Virus record (IMG/VR): IMGVR_UViG_3300037419_000652
Coordinates: 1 to 42,357 of that record
Length of the DNA stretch: 42,357 nt
DNA from: a virus
Taxonomy: Duplodnaviria > Caudoviricetes
Strand: one strand, 5' to 3'
A program made the translations under genes and the position numbers. Below the pieces are notes generated by a model. It ran no database searches, was not told the origin of the DNA, and worked only from the letters and a program-made list of their open reading frames with translations. Within the stretch, counting starts at the first letter, position 1, and each line of letters opens with the position of its first letter. Positions 24,785 to 34,509 of this stretch are shown in pieces.

Positions 24785-25016
24785 CTGTCGCTCTTGTGGC
24801 AAGCCCGTGATCATGCTGCGCAGCGCCAGCACTGGCAAGATGGCGCCCATCAACGCCGAGCCTGATGCATCCGGCAACATTCTCATCAACGCCAAACGCG
24901 GCGAGTATCTGATCGTGGCAAAGGCCGCGCGCACGGTGGAGATGGTTCTTCATCTCTCGCATTTTGTCACCTGTCCCAACGCCAGCGAATGGCACGCGAC
25001 GAAGCGAGGGCGCTGA
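24777..25016 (+). CDS. Small Zn-binding phage protein
   Basis: 'CRSCGKPV...GK..P...SHFVTCP'; RBS GGAGGGAG. Confidence 0.75.
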   Translation: MANCRSCGKPVIMLRSASTGKMAPINAEPDASGNILINAKRGEYLIVAKAARTVEMVLHLSHFVTCPNASEWHATKRGR

Positions 25017-25270
25017 TGCCACCAATCATCAATGGCGCGTGGACGAGAGGGCGTCTCAAGCGGGTCACATCGCTTCGTGATGGGCGCGTACTGAAGTTGT
25101 GCCTGTCCGTGAATGGGCGTCACTTCGATACTTTCGTTGCTACTGGGCGCTTCCATGATGAACTGCCGCAAGCCGGTGATTCCATCGAGTTGCAGTACGG
25201 GCCAGGATTCTCAGATGGGCATCCTGGCGCACGGTCGCTATGGGTGGACGGAAGGCAGGTATTCCCATGA
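25016..25270 (+). CDS. Hypothetical protein
   Basis: Coupled overlaps on both sides. Confidence 0.5.
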   Translation: MPPIINGAWTRGRLKRVTSLRDGRVLKLCLSVNGRHFDTFVATGRFHDELPQAGDSIELQYGPGFSDGHPGARSLWVDGRQVFP

Positions 25271-25497
25271 GGGCAAAACCACAGCCTGCCACGCCTTCGC
25301 TTTGGCCGAGCAAGGACACGTCACCTGAGACACCGCTGGCGATCCTCGGTGATGAATCCGGCGCGCGCTACAGCCTGCACAGCCTGATGGAGTGCGGCGC
25401 CGAGTTCACCTACGCGCAGCTCGTGCCGTTCGCGCAGCGCTTCGACCCATGGGCTGAGCGCAAAGTAATCGAGATGAAGCGACTGAAGGTGGCGTGA
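25267..25497 (+). CDS. Hypothetical protein
   Basis: Coupled overlaps. Confidence 0.5.
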   Translation: MRAKPQPATPSLWPSKDTSPETPLAILGDESGARYSLHSLMECGAEFTYAQLVPFAQRFDPWAERKVIEMKRLKVA

Positions 25498-25715
25498 TGA
25501 CAGAACAATGCCCAGGATGCGGGAATTACCGCGAGATCCTGCTGACATGCGCCAAGTGCGGGGTCCATCGATGTGGCGCCTGCACACAACTTGAGGGCCT
25601 CTTTAGCCGAAACAAGGCCAGCACATCCCGGCCAGAGATCGACTGGCTCTGCGATGACTGCGCTCAAATCGCAGACCCGTCAAAACGCGACATGATCGAC
25701 CAAGCATCGATATAG
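25494..25715 (+). CDS. Cys-rich Zn-finger protein
   Basis: Four CxxC motifs. Confidence 0.55.
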   Translation: MMTEQCPGCGNYREILLTCAKCGVHRCGACTQLEGLFSRNKASTSRPEIDWLCDDCAQIADPSKRDMIDQASI

Positions 25716-25757
25716 CACGTCACTCATCCGTGTAGGTAACTGAAAGTGAGGCCGCAC

Positions 25758-26096
25758 ATGGCCACCAAGACGCTCGCCATCGAGCAGCTCGCGCAGGAGA
25801 TTCAGCTCTGCCAGTTGCCATCCCCCGTCGCGGAGCATCGCTTCGCCAAGGATATCAAACGCCGCTGGCGCTTCGATCTGGCGTGGCCTGCGGCGATGCT
25901 GGCCGTGGAGGTGGACGGCGGCACCTGGAGCGGCGGCCGTCACGTCACCGGCAGAGGCTTCGAGGGTGACTGCGAGAAGCTGAACACGGCGACCCTCATG
26001 GGCTGGCGTGTCCTGCGCTTCACGACGGACATGGTGCGGCGTGGCGAGGCCATCGGCGCGATCCTCGCTGCGTTCGATAATCAGCAGGCGGCGTAG
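25758..26096 (+). CDS. PD-(D/E)xK endonuclease (DUF559/Vsr-like)
   Basis: 'EHRF...RWRFDLAWP...AVEVDGG...H...GWRVLRF'. Confidence 0.8.
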   Translation: MATKTLAIEQLAQEIQLCQLPSPVAEHRFAKDIKRRWRFDLAWPAAMLAVEVDGGTWSGGRHVTGRGFEGDCEKLNTATLMGWRVLRFTTDMVRRGEAIGAILAAFDNQQAA

Positions 26097-26100
26097 CCCT

Positions 26101-26931
26101 ATGCGAGATGCGACACCTGACGCGCTAACACAGTTCATCCGCGAACTAAACACCTACCCTGTGCTCTCTCCTGAACAGCATCTCGCGCTGATCGAGAAAG
26201 CGCAGGCAGGCGATCAAGACGCCATGAACACGATGGTTACGCACAACATGCGGCTGGTCATCGCGATAGCGACTCGCAGCGCCGGGCAGGGCGTGCCACT
26301 CATGGATCTGATCCAGGAGGGTTCCTTTGGCGTGAGGCGCGCAGTTGAGAAGTTTGACGCGACCAAAGGCTTTCAGTTCAGCACCTACGCGACGCCATGG
26401 ATACAGCAAGCGGTTGGACGCACTATCGAGGACATGAGTCGGACGATTCGCATTCCATCCTACAAACACCAGCAAGTGCGCAAGATCAAACGCGACCTTG
26501 CGCACGATGACGTGGCCCGTGCGATTGCGTTGGCTGAGGCGCAAGCGGAATGGGAAGTGGTCTCGCTCGATAGAGAACTACACCCAGATGATCCCTATGA
26601 CGAAACCACACTGGCTGATCTGATCCCATCATCCAATTTACGCATGAATGTGGAGCATATTGCGAATCAGCAACTGCTGCTCTCGCTCTTTGCGCGCGCA
26701 AAGCTCACCAAGCGTGAACGAGCGGTCATCATCTACCACTACGGGTTGGACGGCAAGGGAGCGCGCACACTTGAAGCGACTGGCGCGCTCATCATCACCG
26801 CTATCGGCAAAAAGCGCATGGGTATTACCCGCGAGCGTGTGCGCCAGATCGAGGCGAACGCCCTGCGCAAGCTACGTCTGGCAGCCACCCACAGTCGAGA
26901 CCGTGACGCGCTGCTGGCGCTGGTCGCGTAG
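26101..26931 (+). CDS. RNA polymerase sigma-70 family factor (RpoD-like regions 1.2, 2, 4)
   Basis: 'HNMRLVIAIA', 'DLIQEG', 'AVEKFD..KGFQFSTYATPWI', 'RTIRIP', 'ITRERVRQIE..ALRKLR'. Confidence 0.92.
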   Translation: MRDATPDALTQFIRELNTYPVLSPEQHLALIEKAQAGDQDAMNTMVTHNMRLVIAIATRSAGQGVPLMDLIQEGSFGVRRAVEKFDATKGFQFSTYATPWIQQAVGRTIEDMSRTIRIPSYKHQQVRKIKRDLAHDDVARAIALAEAQAEWEVVSLDRELHPDDPYDETTLADLIPSSNLRMNVEHIANQQLLLSLFARAKLTKRERAVIIYHYGLDGKGARTLEATGALIITAIGKKRMGITRERVRQIEANALRKLRLAATHSRDRDALLALVA

Positions 26932-26945
26932 AAGAGGCAGAGGTT

Positions 26946-28880
26946 ATGGCACAACAGCATCAGTCATCGCCCCTGCTTGAGGCAGCGCTGGCCTATGCCA
27001 CACGAGGCTGGCCGGTCTTCCCACTGCACACGCCCACCCCCAGCGGCTGCTCGTGTGGCAAGCCAGACTGCGATCAGGTGGGCAAGCATCCGCGCTGGCA
27101 CAAAGAACTCCTGCCCAATGGTCTCAAGAACGCCACTGCTGATCATGCGCGCATTCACGATTTCTGGCGGCGCTGGCCGCATGCGAACGTTGCGATTGCG
27201 ACCGGGCGCCAGAGCGGATTGCTCGTGCTCGACATCGATCCTAAGAGCGGTGGCATCGATGGCTTACGCGAACTCATGCGTCGTCACGGCGCATTGCCAG
27301 AGACGCTCGGCGTGAAGACTGGTGGCGGTGGCTGGCACATGATCTATGCCCATCCGCGCGATGAGGCGCTCTATCGCAACGTCACGCGCCTGGATGGGCT
27401 GCCTGGTCTAGATATTCGTGGCGATGGGGGATATATCGTCGCAGCGCCATCGCTGCACGTCTCAGGCGCTCGCTACGCATGGGAGAACACGCTAGAGGCA
27501 GCGCCTCCGCCTGATTGGCTTCTTGAGCTTCTCAGGCGCTCACGCAATGCGCCGACACAAGCGCCGACCATCGCGCCCATGCCCGCCATGTCGAGCGAGA
27601 ACGCCGAGCATTGGCTACGTCACTATCTGAACCAGGCGAAAGAGGGCAGCCGCAACGAGACCGGCATGTACCTCGCGCGCCAGCTCCGCGACACCTCGCG
27701 CCTCTCACTCGCTGACGCCGAACCATACATGGTCGCCTATGCCGATGGCGTCCCTGGCGTGGGCTACAGCGCCGCCGAAGCACTGCGCACGCTACACAGC
27801 ATCTACACGCGCCCAGCAGGACAGCCGGCGGCGCTCAGAAACCAACCACAGCCCGCTACACAACCGGTCAGAAAAGTTGCACAAGCGGAACCGGAGCAAG
27901 AATCAGACGAGCCGACACCACTCCGCAAGTTCGTGTTTATGCGTGATACGGAAGTCGAGAACCTTCCGCCGCCGTCCTGGCTGATTGATGGTCATCTCGT
28001 CGAGAACACGCTGTCGATTGTCTATGGCGAGTATGGCAGCGCCAAGTCGTTTCTGACGCTGGACTGGGCGCTGTGTGTCGCCACTGGGATGCACTGGAAT
28101 GGCTGCGCGGTCAAGCAAGGTGTGGTCGCCTACGTCGCTGGTGAAGGCATCGGCGGCATGGGCAATCGCATTCGCGCCTGGAAACAGCAACGCGGCTGGA
28201 CAGGCGAGTCCGATCTCTGGCTTCTGGGCGATCCACCACAGTTCCTCTCGAATGAGGACATGGGCCTGCTGCATGCGGCGCTACGCGCTCTACCTGAGCC
28301 ACCTAAGCTGGTCATTATCGACACCCTTGCGCGCTCGTTGGCTGGCGGCGATGAGAACAGTGCGCAGGACATGGGCAAGGCCGTTCAGAACGCCGACATC
28401 ATTGCGAAAATCTTTGGCTGCCACGTCCTGCTCGTTCACCACAAGCCCAAGAACGGCGCCGGTACCAGAGGTTCCTCTTCTCTCCCCGGCGCGGCGTACT
28501 CCATGATCGAGGTCACGAAAGACGAAGACCTGATCACTGTCCGATGCGAGAAACAGAAAGACGCCAAAGAGTTTGAAACCTCACATTACCGGCTGAAGGT
28601 GCTAGACCTTGAGCACCTGGATGATCAAACGTCCTGTGTGCTGTTTCCTACAGCAGCTCCATCCAAGTCAGGGGATGCGAGTTCACGACCCACGCCACGC
28701 TCTGAGCGGGCAATCCTGGCTTGCCTGGCGAATGGCGCCGCCACATTTAGCGCCATTGTGCGATACGCGGCTGAGAACGAGGACCTGCGCGAGCGAGCCG
28801 TCGCCAATGGACTAAAAAGCCTGTTGGAAGCGGGTAGAATTACGAAGGACGGCGAGATGTATGAAAACGCCGACAGCTAA
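26946..28880 (+). CDS. Bifunctional primase/polymerase fused to an AAA_25 (RepA-like) helicase
   Basis: Prim-Pol 'GWPVFPL', 'LVLDID', 'TGGGGWH', 'DIRGDGGYIVAAPS'; Walker A 'GEYGSAKS', Walker B 'VIIDT', 'LVHH..K'. Confidence 0.92.
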   Translation: MAQQHQSSPLLEAALAYATRGWPVFPLHTPTPSGCSCGKPDCDQVGKHPRWHKELLPNGLKNATADHARIHDFWRRWPHANVAIATGRQSGLLVLDIDPKSGGIDGLRELMRRHGALPETLGVKTGGGGWHMIYAHPRDEALYRNVTRLDGLPGLDIRGDGGYIVAAPSLHVSGARYAWENTLEAAPPPDWLLELLRRSRNAPTQAPTIAPMPAMSSENAEHWLRHYLNQAKEGSRNETGMYLARQLRDTSRLSLADAEPYMVAYADGVPGVGYSAAEALRTLHSIYTRPAGQPAALRNQPQPATQPVRKVAQAEPEQESDEPTPLRKFVFMRDTEVENLPPPSWLIDGHLVENTLSIVYGEYGSAKSFLTLDWALCVATGMHWNGCAVKQGVVAYVAGEGIGGMGNRIRAWKQQRGWTGESDLWLLGDPPQFLSNEDMGLLHAALRALPEPPKLVIIDTLARSLAGGDENSAQDMGKAVQNADIIAKIFGCHVLLVHHKPKNGAGTRGSSSLPGAAYSMIEVTKDEDLITVRCEKQKDAKEFETSHYRLKVLDLEHLDDQTSCVLFPTAAPSKSGDASSRPTPRSERAILACLANGAATFSAIVRYAAENEDLRERAVANGLKSLLEAGRITKDGEMYENADS

Positions 28881-29016
28881 CTGCATTCTACTGCAATGCA
28901 GTGCAAAATGCAGTGACTTCAGGGACTACTGCAAAAATCCCCCCTATAGGGGGGATTTCATGCAGTCCTGAAGTGCAGTTGTTACGGTCAAGCTGCCGCT
29001 AGGCAAAATGCAGTTG
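28881..29016. other. Putative replication origin
   Basis: 24-bp perfect palindrome AAATCCCCCCTATAGGGGGGATTT (28935-28958) inside inverted repeats and many TGCA(G) repeats, right after the primase-helicase gene. Confidence 0.65.
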
Positions 29017-29032
29017 ATTTGGAGGTGTGAGA

Positions 29033-29551
29033 ATGGCAACGTTGAAGGCAATCGAGACGATCTACAAGGATTACCGCTTTCGTAGCCGACTGGAAGCGCG
29101 ATGGGCAGTCTATTTCGACTCACTAGGTGTTGAGTGGGAATACGAAAAAGAAGGCTTCGATCTCGGTGGCGTCTGGTATCTTCCCGATTTCTGGCTGAAG
29201 ACTGTCAACATGTGGGCGGAAGTCAAACCAGGCGCGTTTCATGGTGAGGAAATCGAGAAATGCAAGTTACTTGTGCGACAAAGCGGTTATGGTTGCCTCT
29301 TACTTGACGGTATGCCGGAAGATCGCCCGTATATAGGCTATGATCTCTGGGAAGATGGTGATGGCGACTTACAAATGTGGGATGATGGTTATGTGGTCGA
29401 TGAGCGAACCTACTTGCTCGACGACATATATATCCATGACGAACATCGCTTCTACATAGACCCTTTCGGAGGTGAAACACTCGGACTTAGAGGACAAGAG
29501 GCTGTGCGAGCTGCTAAACGTGCTCGATTTGAACATGGCGAGAAGCCATAA
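29033..29551 (+). CDS. PD-(D/E)xK nuclease-like protein
   Basis: 'FRSRLEARWA..FD...WEYE', 'YLPDF', 'EVKP'; more AT-rich than neighbours. Confidence 0.75.
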   Translation: MATLKAIETIYKDYRFRSRLEARWAVYFDSLGVEWEYEKEGFDLGGVWYLPDFWLKTVNMWAEVKPGAFHGEEIEKCKLLVRQSGYGCLLLDGMPEDRPYIGYDLWEDGDGDLQMWDDGYVVDERTYLLDDIYIHDEHRFYIDPFGGETLGLRGQEAVRAAKRARFEHGEKP

Positions 29552-29577
29552 TTTCCCACCATAACTTCCCAACCTTT

Positions 29578-29609
29578 GCGCCCTGCTCTCATGTGGGGCG
29601 CTTTTCTTT
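29578..29609 (+). terminator. Intrinsic terminator ending the early operon
   Basis: GCGCCCTGC/GTGGGGCGC stem then TTTTCTTT. Confidence 0.75.
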
Positions 29610-29619
29610 ACCCTTCCCT

Positions 29620-29674
29620 TTATCCACTTTGGCCAACGCGCATTATCCACGTTGGTCAGCGCTGTGTTATACTC
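29620..29674 (+). promoter_or_regulatory. Late promoter: extended -10 with two upstream 16-bp direct repeats
   Basis: TTATCCACTTTGGCCA (29620-29635), TTATCCACGTTGGTCA (29643-29658), TGTGTTATACTC (29663-29674). Confidence 0.65.
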
Positions 29675-29708
29675 AAAGGTGGCGATATGACTGACCGTCA
29701 GTCAGTGG

Positions 29709-30227
29709 ATGCGACGTGCGCAACTCTTTAGGAAGCCAAAGAGGAAGTCCATGTACGGGCGCGCGCCTGAGGATGATTTGCTGGCGCGACAGCGTGAAGC
29801 GAAGGCCGTCGAGATGCGGCTACAGGGCTACCAGTTCGATGAGATCGCCATCGAGTGCGGGTATGTTTCCGAGGATGGGAAGCCCTACACTGGGTCTGCC
29901 GTCAAAGCGTGGAAACGTGCGCTGAAGCGTATCCCGCAACAGGCCGTCGATGAAGCGCGTGAGACCATGCGCTTGCGTTTGGACAGTTACCGTAAAGCGG
30001 TCGCTAAGCTGAAGTATGGCGACAATACGGCGCGCATCATCGAGGTGCTGACGAAGGTCGAAGAGCGCGAAGCCAAGCTCCTTGGCCTGGACGCCATTGA
30101 AGACGCCGCGCTGTCCAATCCACCGCAGATCATCATCAGCGAAGACGTGATGAAGGCGATCCAAGGACTGACGCCAACGTACATCGAAGGGAGCGTAGAT
30201 GGCAGCGCCAGCGCTTCCCAAGATTGA
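29709..30227 (+). CDS. Terminase small subunit (putative)
   Basis: HTH-like 'AVEMRLQGYQFDEIA..CGY' and 'REAKLLGLD'; upstream of the large subunit. Confidence 0.75.
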   Translation: MRRAQLFRKPKRKSMYGRAPEDDLLARQREAKAVEMRLQGYQFDEIAIECGYVSEDGKPYTGSAVKAWKRALKRIPQQAVDEARETMRLRLDSYRKAVAKLKYGDNTARIIEVLTKVEEREAKLLGLDAIEDAALSNPPQIIISEDVMKAIQGLTPTYIEGSVDGSASASQD

Positions 30228-31548
30228 CGCATTACGCGAATCACCAAAGATCAGCGCGCCGCAGTTTCGCGGCGCGGCGTTGGATCTGATGGGTGCCGCT
30301 GACACGGAAGTCTGTCTGGATGGCCCTGCTGGCACTGGCAAGAGCTATGCTGCCCTGTGGAAGATGCACATGCGTCGCATCCTGTTCCCAGGTAGCCGCG
30401 GATTACTCGCGCGCAAGACGCTTATCAGCCTGAAGTCTTCCACGCTCGTGACCTACAAACAGCAGGTACTTGGACCGCTTCTCGCGCTCGGCTATGTCCG
30501 GTTCTGGTCTGCCAAAGGTGATGAGCCAGCGCACTACGCCTATTGGAATGGCAGCAAGCAAGTCATTGTTGGCCTGGACAAGCCCGGCAAAGCAATGAGT
30601 ACCGAGTATGACGATATCCTGATCGACGAGGCGCTGGATACCGAAGAGGAAGATATTGAGACGCTGCTGACGCGCATTCAGCGCCCAGGCCATGAATACG
30701 GAGTCGAGGGGCGGCCACCCTACGCGCAACTCACACTGGTGACGAATCCAGGGCATCCCACGCATTGGCTCAACCAGCGCATGAATGCGGGCCGCACGCG
30801 CCGCCTGATCTCGCGCCATGAAGACAATCCCAAGGTGACGCCGGAATACCTGGCCCTCTTGCAAAACAGCTTGACTGGCGCGCGCTACGATCGGCTCTTC
30901 CTTGGCCGTTGGGTATCGGCTGAGGGCATCGTGTACGACGAGTGGGATCCTGCCGTCCACCTGATCAAACGTTTCGAGATCCCGCGCGAGTGGCCGCGCT
31001 ACATCGTGATCGACTTCGGCTTCACCAACCCCTGCTGCATCCAGTGGTGGGCGATGGACCCGGACGGCAGGCTTTACCGCTACCGCGAACTCTACATGAC
31101 CAAACGCACGGTAGACGAGCACGCGGCGAAGGTCAAAGCGATCAGCGCCAACGATCCACTGCCACGCGCCGTCATTGCCGATCCTGAAGACGCGGACGGA
31201 CGCGCCGTCTTCTCGCGCGTCACCGGCTGGAGCACGCTACCCGCCCACAAAGACATCGAGAACGGGATCCAGGCCGTCAAAGCTCGCATGCGCGACGCTG
31301 GCGATGGCAAGCCGCGCATCTTCTTCCTGCAGGACTCGCTCATCGAGCGCGATCAGGATCTGGCTGGCCGCAAGTTGCCGACATGCTCTGAGGAAGAGAT
31401 CGAGAGCTACGTGTGGGCCACCAACGCCGCGGGCATCAAAGAGACGCCGGTGGACGCAAACAACCATGGACAGGACTGTCTTAGGTATCTCGTCGCGCAT
31501 TTTGACTTGGCTGACCGGCGCGTGCAGAGCGTGCGGATTCCATGGTAG
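30199..31548 (+). CDS. Terminase large subunit
   Basis: Walker A GPAGTGKS, Walker B ILIDEA, TNP, nuclease 'IDFG' and 'NHGQDCLRY'. Confidence 0.95.
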   Translation: MAAPALPKIDALRESPKISAPQFRGAALDLMGAADTEVCLDGPAGTGKSYAALWKMHMRRILFPGSRGLLARKTLISLKSSTLVTYKQQVLGPLLALGYVRFWSAKGDEPAHYAYWNGSKQVIVGLDKPGKAMSTEYDDILIDEALDTEEEDIETLLTRIQRPGHEYGVEGRPPYAQLTLVTNPGHPTHWLNQRMNAGRTRRLISRHEDNPKVTPEYLALLQNSLTGARYDRLFLGRWVSAEGIVYDEWDPAVHLIKRFEIPREWPRYIVIDFGFTNPCCIQWWAMDPDGRLYRYRELYMTKRTVDEHAAKVKAISANDPLPRAVIADPEDADGRAVFSRVTGWSTLPAHKDIENGIQAVKARMRDAGDGKPRIFFLQDSLIERDQDLAGRKLPTCSEEEIESYVWATNAAGIKETPVDANNHGQDCLRYLVAHFDLADRRVQSVRIPW

Positions 31549-31557
31549 GAGGCCATT

Positions 31558-33078
31558 GTGGATAGTCCAACCGAGTGCATGGCCCGCGCGTGGAAAGCAT
31601 ATGGCGGAAGTTTCAAGCCATCGTTGCAGCGCTCAAAAGATGGCTCTGGCCGTCCTATCGGGCCAGACTTCAATGTGGCGACCAACCGGTGCGCGCCGAT
31701 TGTGAACGCTGGCCGCGCGTTTCTGGTAGGCAAGGACATCAAGTTCCAAGTGGAAGAAGGTGTCGGGCAGCAGGCGCAAGATGATCTTGACCTGGTGTGG
31801 AAGGCGAACAAGAAGGGCACGCGACTCAGAGAGCTTGCCGACAATGGCGCGGTATGTGGGCATCGGTTCCTCAAGCTGATTCCAGACGGTGTGATCTACA
31901 AAGGTCAGACACTTCCGCGTATCGTGGTCCTGGACTCACAGCAGGTATCCGTCGAGACTGCTGACGATGACTGCCACCATGTGCTTGCCTACAACGTCAC
32001 CTGGCAGACGAAGGATGCTGCTGGGAACGCCATTACCAAGCGCCAGCGATTTGAGCGCATTGATGATGTTGACGGGCTAGAGCCGTTGGGTGCGCCGGAA
32101 CAATGGCAAATCCGCAACCAGACGCGCAAGAGCGAGTATGGGGCCACATTCAACGGGAACGACCCAAACGCCTGGATAGACACGGAGCCGCCCACACTGT
32201 GGGAGTATGACTGGGCGCCCATTCACGGCTCGCCTAATCTCATCAACGCCTGCGAATACTGGGGCGTTCCTGACCTGACGGAAGACATTATCGCGCTCAA
32301 TGAAGCGCTGAATCTGGTCAGGTCATCCAACAACAAGATTGTCTACCACTACGGTTTCCCGCATCGCTATGGCGTGGGCTTCGAAAACGCGCAGATGTCC
32401 TGGACGCCGGATGGCGATATGCCGCTCCTGCCGAGCAAAGAATCTGAAATCCGCGTGATCGACAACAAGACGGATCTGACAGCGGCGCGGGCGCATGCGG
32501 ACGATCTGAGCGGCGATATAGACGAGATTTCCGGCGTGCCTGGTATCGCACTGGGTCGCATGGCCGACCTGGGCGGCGGTGATATCCCAGCGGCGACGAT
32601 GCGACTCAAGTTCCAGCCATTGCTCGCCAAGACGGATGACAAGCGTGAGCCATTGGGCGAGATGCTGGCCGAGGTCAACGCGCACATCCTGGAATTGATG
32701 TCCTACGGCCCTGGTATCGAAGTCGAGAACGTCTGGCCCAAAGACATCCTGCCACGCAACGAAAAGGAATACGCGGAAGCCGCCACGGCGTGGGATCAGC
32801 TCGGCGTCAGCAAAGACTCACTCATGACGCACTATAGCGACTTTGACCCGGATGAGGAAGCCGAGAAGAAGGCCGACGAGCAAAAGGCGGAAGCGGACAT
32901 CGCGCAGCAGGCGCTGGCGAACTTCGACGCTGGGCAGGGTGGAAACCCGTTTGGTGGCGATCAGGCCACGCCAGTGGCTTCTGGTGACGCTACAGGCGGT
33001 ATGCCAGCGGGCAATCTGAACCATCCGGCGATGCAGGCCGCGGGAGCAGCCGCTACAGCAGCGGCAGGGAGCCAGTAA
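31558..33078 (+). CDS. Portal protein (SPP1 gp6-like)
   Basis: Follows the terminase; 'NRCAPIV...FLVGK', 'ISGVP'; size; GTG start with RBS AGGAGG. Confidence 0.85.
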   Translation: MDSPTECMARAWKAYGGSFKPSLQRSKDGSGRPIGPDFNVATNRCAPIVNAGRAFLVGKDIKFQVEEGVGQQAQDDLDLVWKANKKGTRLRELADNGAVCGHRFLKLIPDGVIYKGQTLPRIVVLDSQQVSVETADDDCHHVLAYNVTWQTKDAAGNAITKRQRFERIDDVDGLEPLGAPEQWQIRNQTRKSEYGATFNGNDPNAWIDTEPPTLWEYDWAPIHGSPNLINACEYWGVPDLTEDIIALNEALNLVRSSNNKIVYHYGFPHRYGVGFENAQMSWTPDGDMPLLPSKESEIRVIDNKTDLTAARAHADDLSGDIDEISGVPGIALGRMADLGGGDIPAATMRLKFQPLLAKTDDKREPLGEMLAEVNAHILELMSYGPGIEVENVWPKDILPRNEKEYAEAATAWDQLGVSKDSLMTHYSDFDPDEEAEKKADEQKAEADIAQQALANFDAGQGGNPFGGDQATPVASGDATGGMPAGNLNHPAMQAAGAAATAAAGSQ

Positions 33079-33311
33079 TGGCGCAGACAGAAGAGAAGTA
33101 CGTGCGCCTCGAAAGCGACGAGCTATTTGACATAGAGCTAACGCGCTTGTTTGGCGTCGTCTGGCCTGTCGTTGGCTATCCACAAACGCGCTTCGTGATC
33201 AATCGAAACGATGGCTATGATAGCGGTTTCAACCTATCGCTACATGACGCGCGGGAGCTGCGAGACGCGCTAGACGAGATGCTGGAAGACATTACGGACA
33301 GACGGCATTAA
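33078..33311 (+). CDS. Hypothetical protein
   Basis: TAATG overlap with the portal gene. Confidence 0.6.
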   Translation: MAQTEEKYVRLESDELFDIELTRLFGVVWPVVGYPQTRFVINRNDGYDSGFNLSLHDARELRDALDEMLEDITDRRH

Positions 33312-33325
33312 CAGGAGGCTAGGCG

Positions 33326-33604
33326 ATGGAAGATAAGCAACGCAGGCCAGAGTTCCCGAAATGCAGGCATTGTGGCGTGGAACTTGGCGAAGACCACAAG
33401 CCGACATGTCCGAGTGTGTCAGCCGAGACAATGCGGCGCTTAGAGATTCCGGCGCGGCACGTTGGATTGAACCCAGCGCAACCATGCTTACGCTGTGGTG
33501 AGTTGACTCATGGATTCATGGCGGCCACCGGCAAGCCGATCTGCGCTGGGTGCTACGCCAGTGACCCGCGCGTGAAGCCGCATTTGCGTCCAGTTGGATT
33601 CTAG
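33326..33604 (+). CDS. Small double Zn-finger protein
   Basis: CRHC..H...C and CLRC...CAGC; RBS AGGAGG. Confidence 0.65.
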   Translation: MEDKQRRPEFPKCRHCGVELGEDHKPTCPSVSAETMRRLEIPARHVGLNPAQPCLRCGELTHGFMAATGKPICAGCYASDPRVKPHLRPVGF

Positions 33605-33624
33605 CGGCAGGAGGGCAGTAGGCG

Positions 33625-34206
33625 ATGGAATACACGATTTGGTTTCGATTAGCGCCGCATCGGGAGTGGCAGCAAGCGCCGATCACGCTTGAGCCGCTGA
33701 ATCCTTACGAGGCAGAGCTACAGCAGCATGCAATTCAAGTCGCGCTGAAGCAGGTCGGCTACCCGTTCGCGCAGGCGGAAGTGCGGGAAGTGCCCCAGCC
33801 ATTCGACATGCTAGAGCGCGTCATGCACGAAAAGCTGGACGGAACTCCGAGCTACGGCGCAAATCCTGAAATATGGATTCTAGAGCGCAACGGAGTTGAC
33901 TGGGCATATGTCGGCAGCGAGGCAGACGCTGTGCGCGTCAACGCGGGCTGCGCAGAACTGGACGAGGAAGGCGCGACCTACACCTACCACAAGCAGGAGC
34001 CGCCAGCCGTCGAGGTCGGACATGGCGAGATGCCGCAGGAAGGTTTCACGCTTGACCTGGGCGAAATCAGCCTGATTCCCAACGTTATGGCGAGCGCCAC
34101 TGCCAAGACGCCGACAACGTTCAGTAGCAGCTTTCCTACGCGCCTGATGTGCCGCCATTGTGGTGGCGAAAATGGCGCGCACAAACCGCTCTGCAAACAG
34201 TGGTAG
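33625..34206 (+). CDS. Hypothetical protein with C-terminal CxxC..HxxxC
   Basis: RBS GGAGG; ORF in operon orientation. Confidence 0.6.
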   Translation: MEYTIWFRLAPHREWQQAPITLEPLNPYEAELQQHAIQVALKQVGYPFAQAEVREVPQPFDMLERVMHEKLDGTPSYGANPEIWILERNGVDWAYVGSEADAVRVNAGCAELDEEGATYTYHKQEPPAVEVGHGEMPQEGFTLDLGEISLIPNVMASATAKTPTTFSSSFPTRLMCRHCGGENGAHKPLCKQW

Positions 34207-34261
34207 CTATGGTCTCCCCAGCGCAAATCACCCTTTGCGCGCGATTTGAAAGGTTGACGTA

Positions 34262-34495
34262 ATGGAAGAAAAGGCGAGCACGAAACAGCTTCCTTGGCTG
34301 GTCGCGTTGGTCGTGTATCACTGGTCGGCTTTCTGGCTTTGGCTGTATCACCAGTCGCTTGTGCACGTGTACAACTTGCGCCAGTGCAAGCACTGTGGCG
34401 GCTATTTCTACAAGGTCGCCATGGCGAATGACAGCGCCACTACCTGTCAAGCGTGCTTCTTGGAGGGCTGGCGCTCCTACAGCGCTGGCGAGTAA
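34262..34495 (+). CDS. Small Trp-rich Zn-finger protein (similar to 38972-39223)
   Basis: CKHCGGYF...CQACF. Confidence 0.6.
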   Translation: MEEKASTKQLPWLVALVVYHWSAFWLWLYHQSLVHVYNLRQCKHCGGYFYKVAMANDSATTCQACFLEGWRSYSAGE

Positions 34496-34509
34496 GGACT
34501 TATCCCGTC

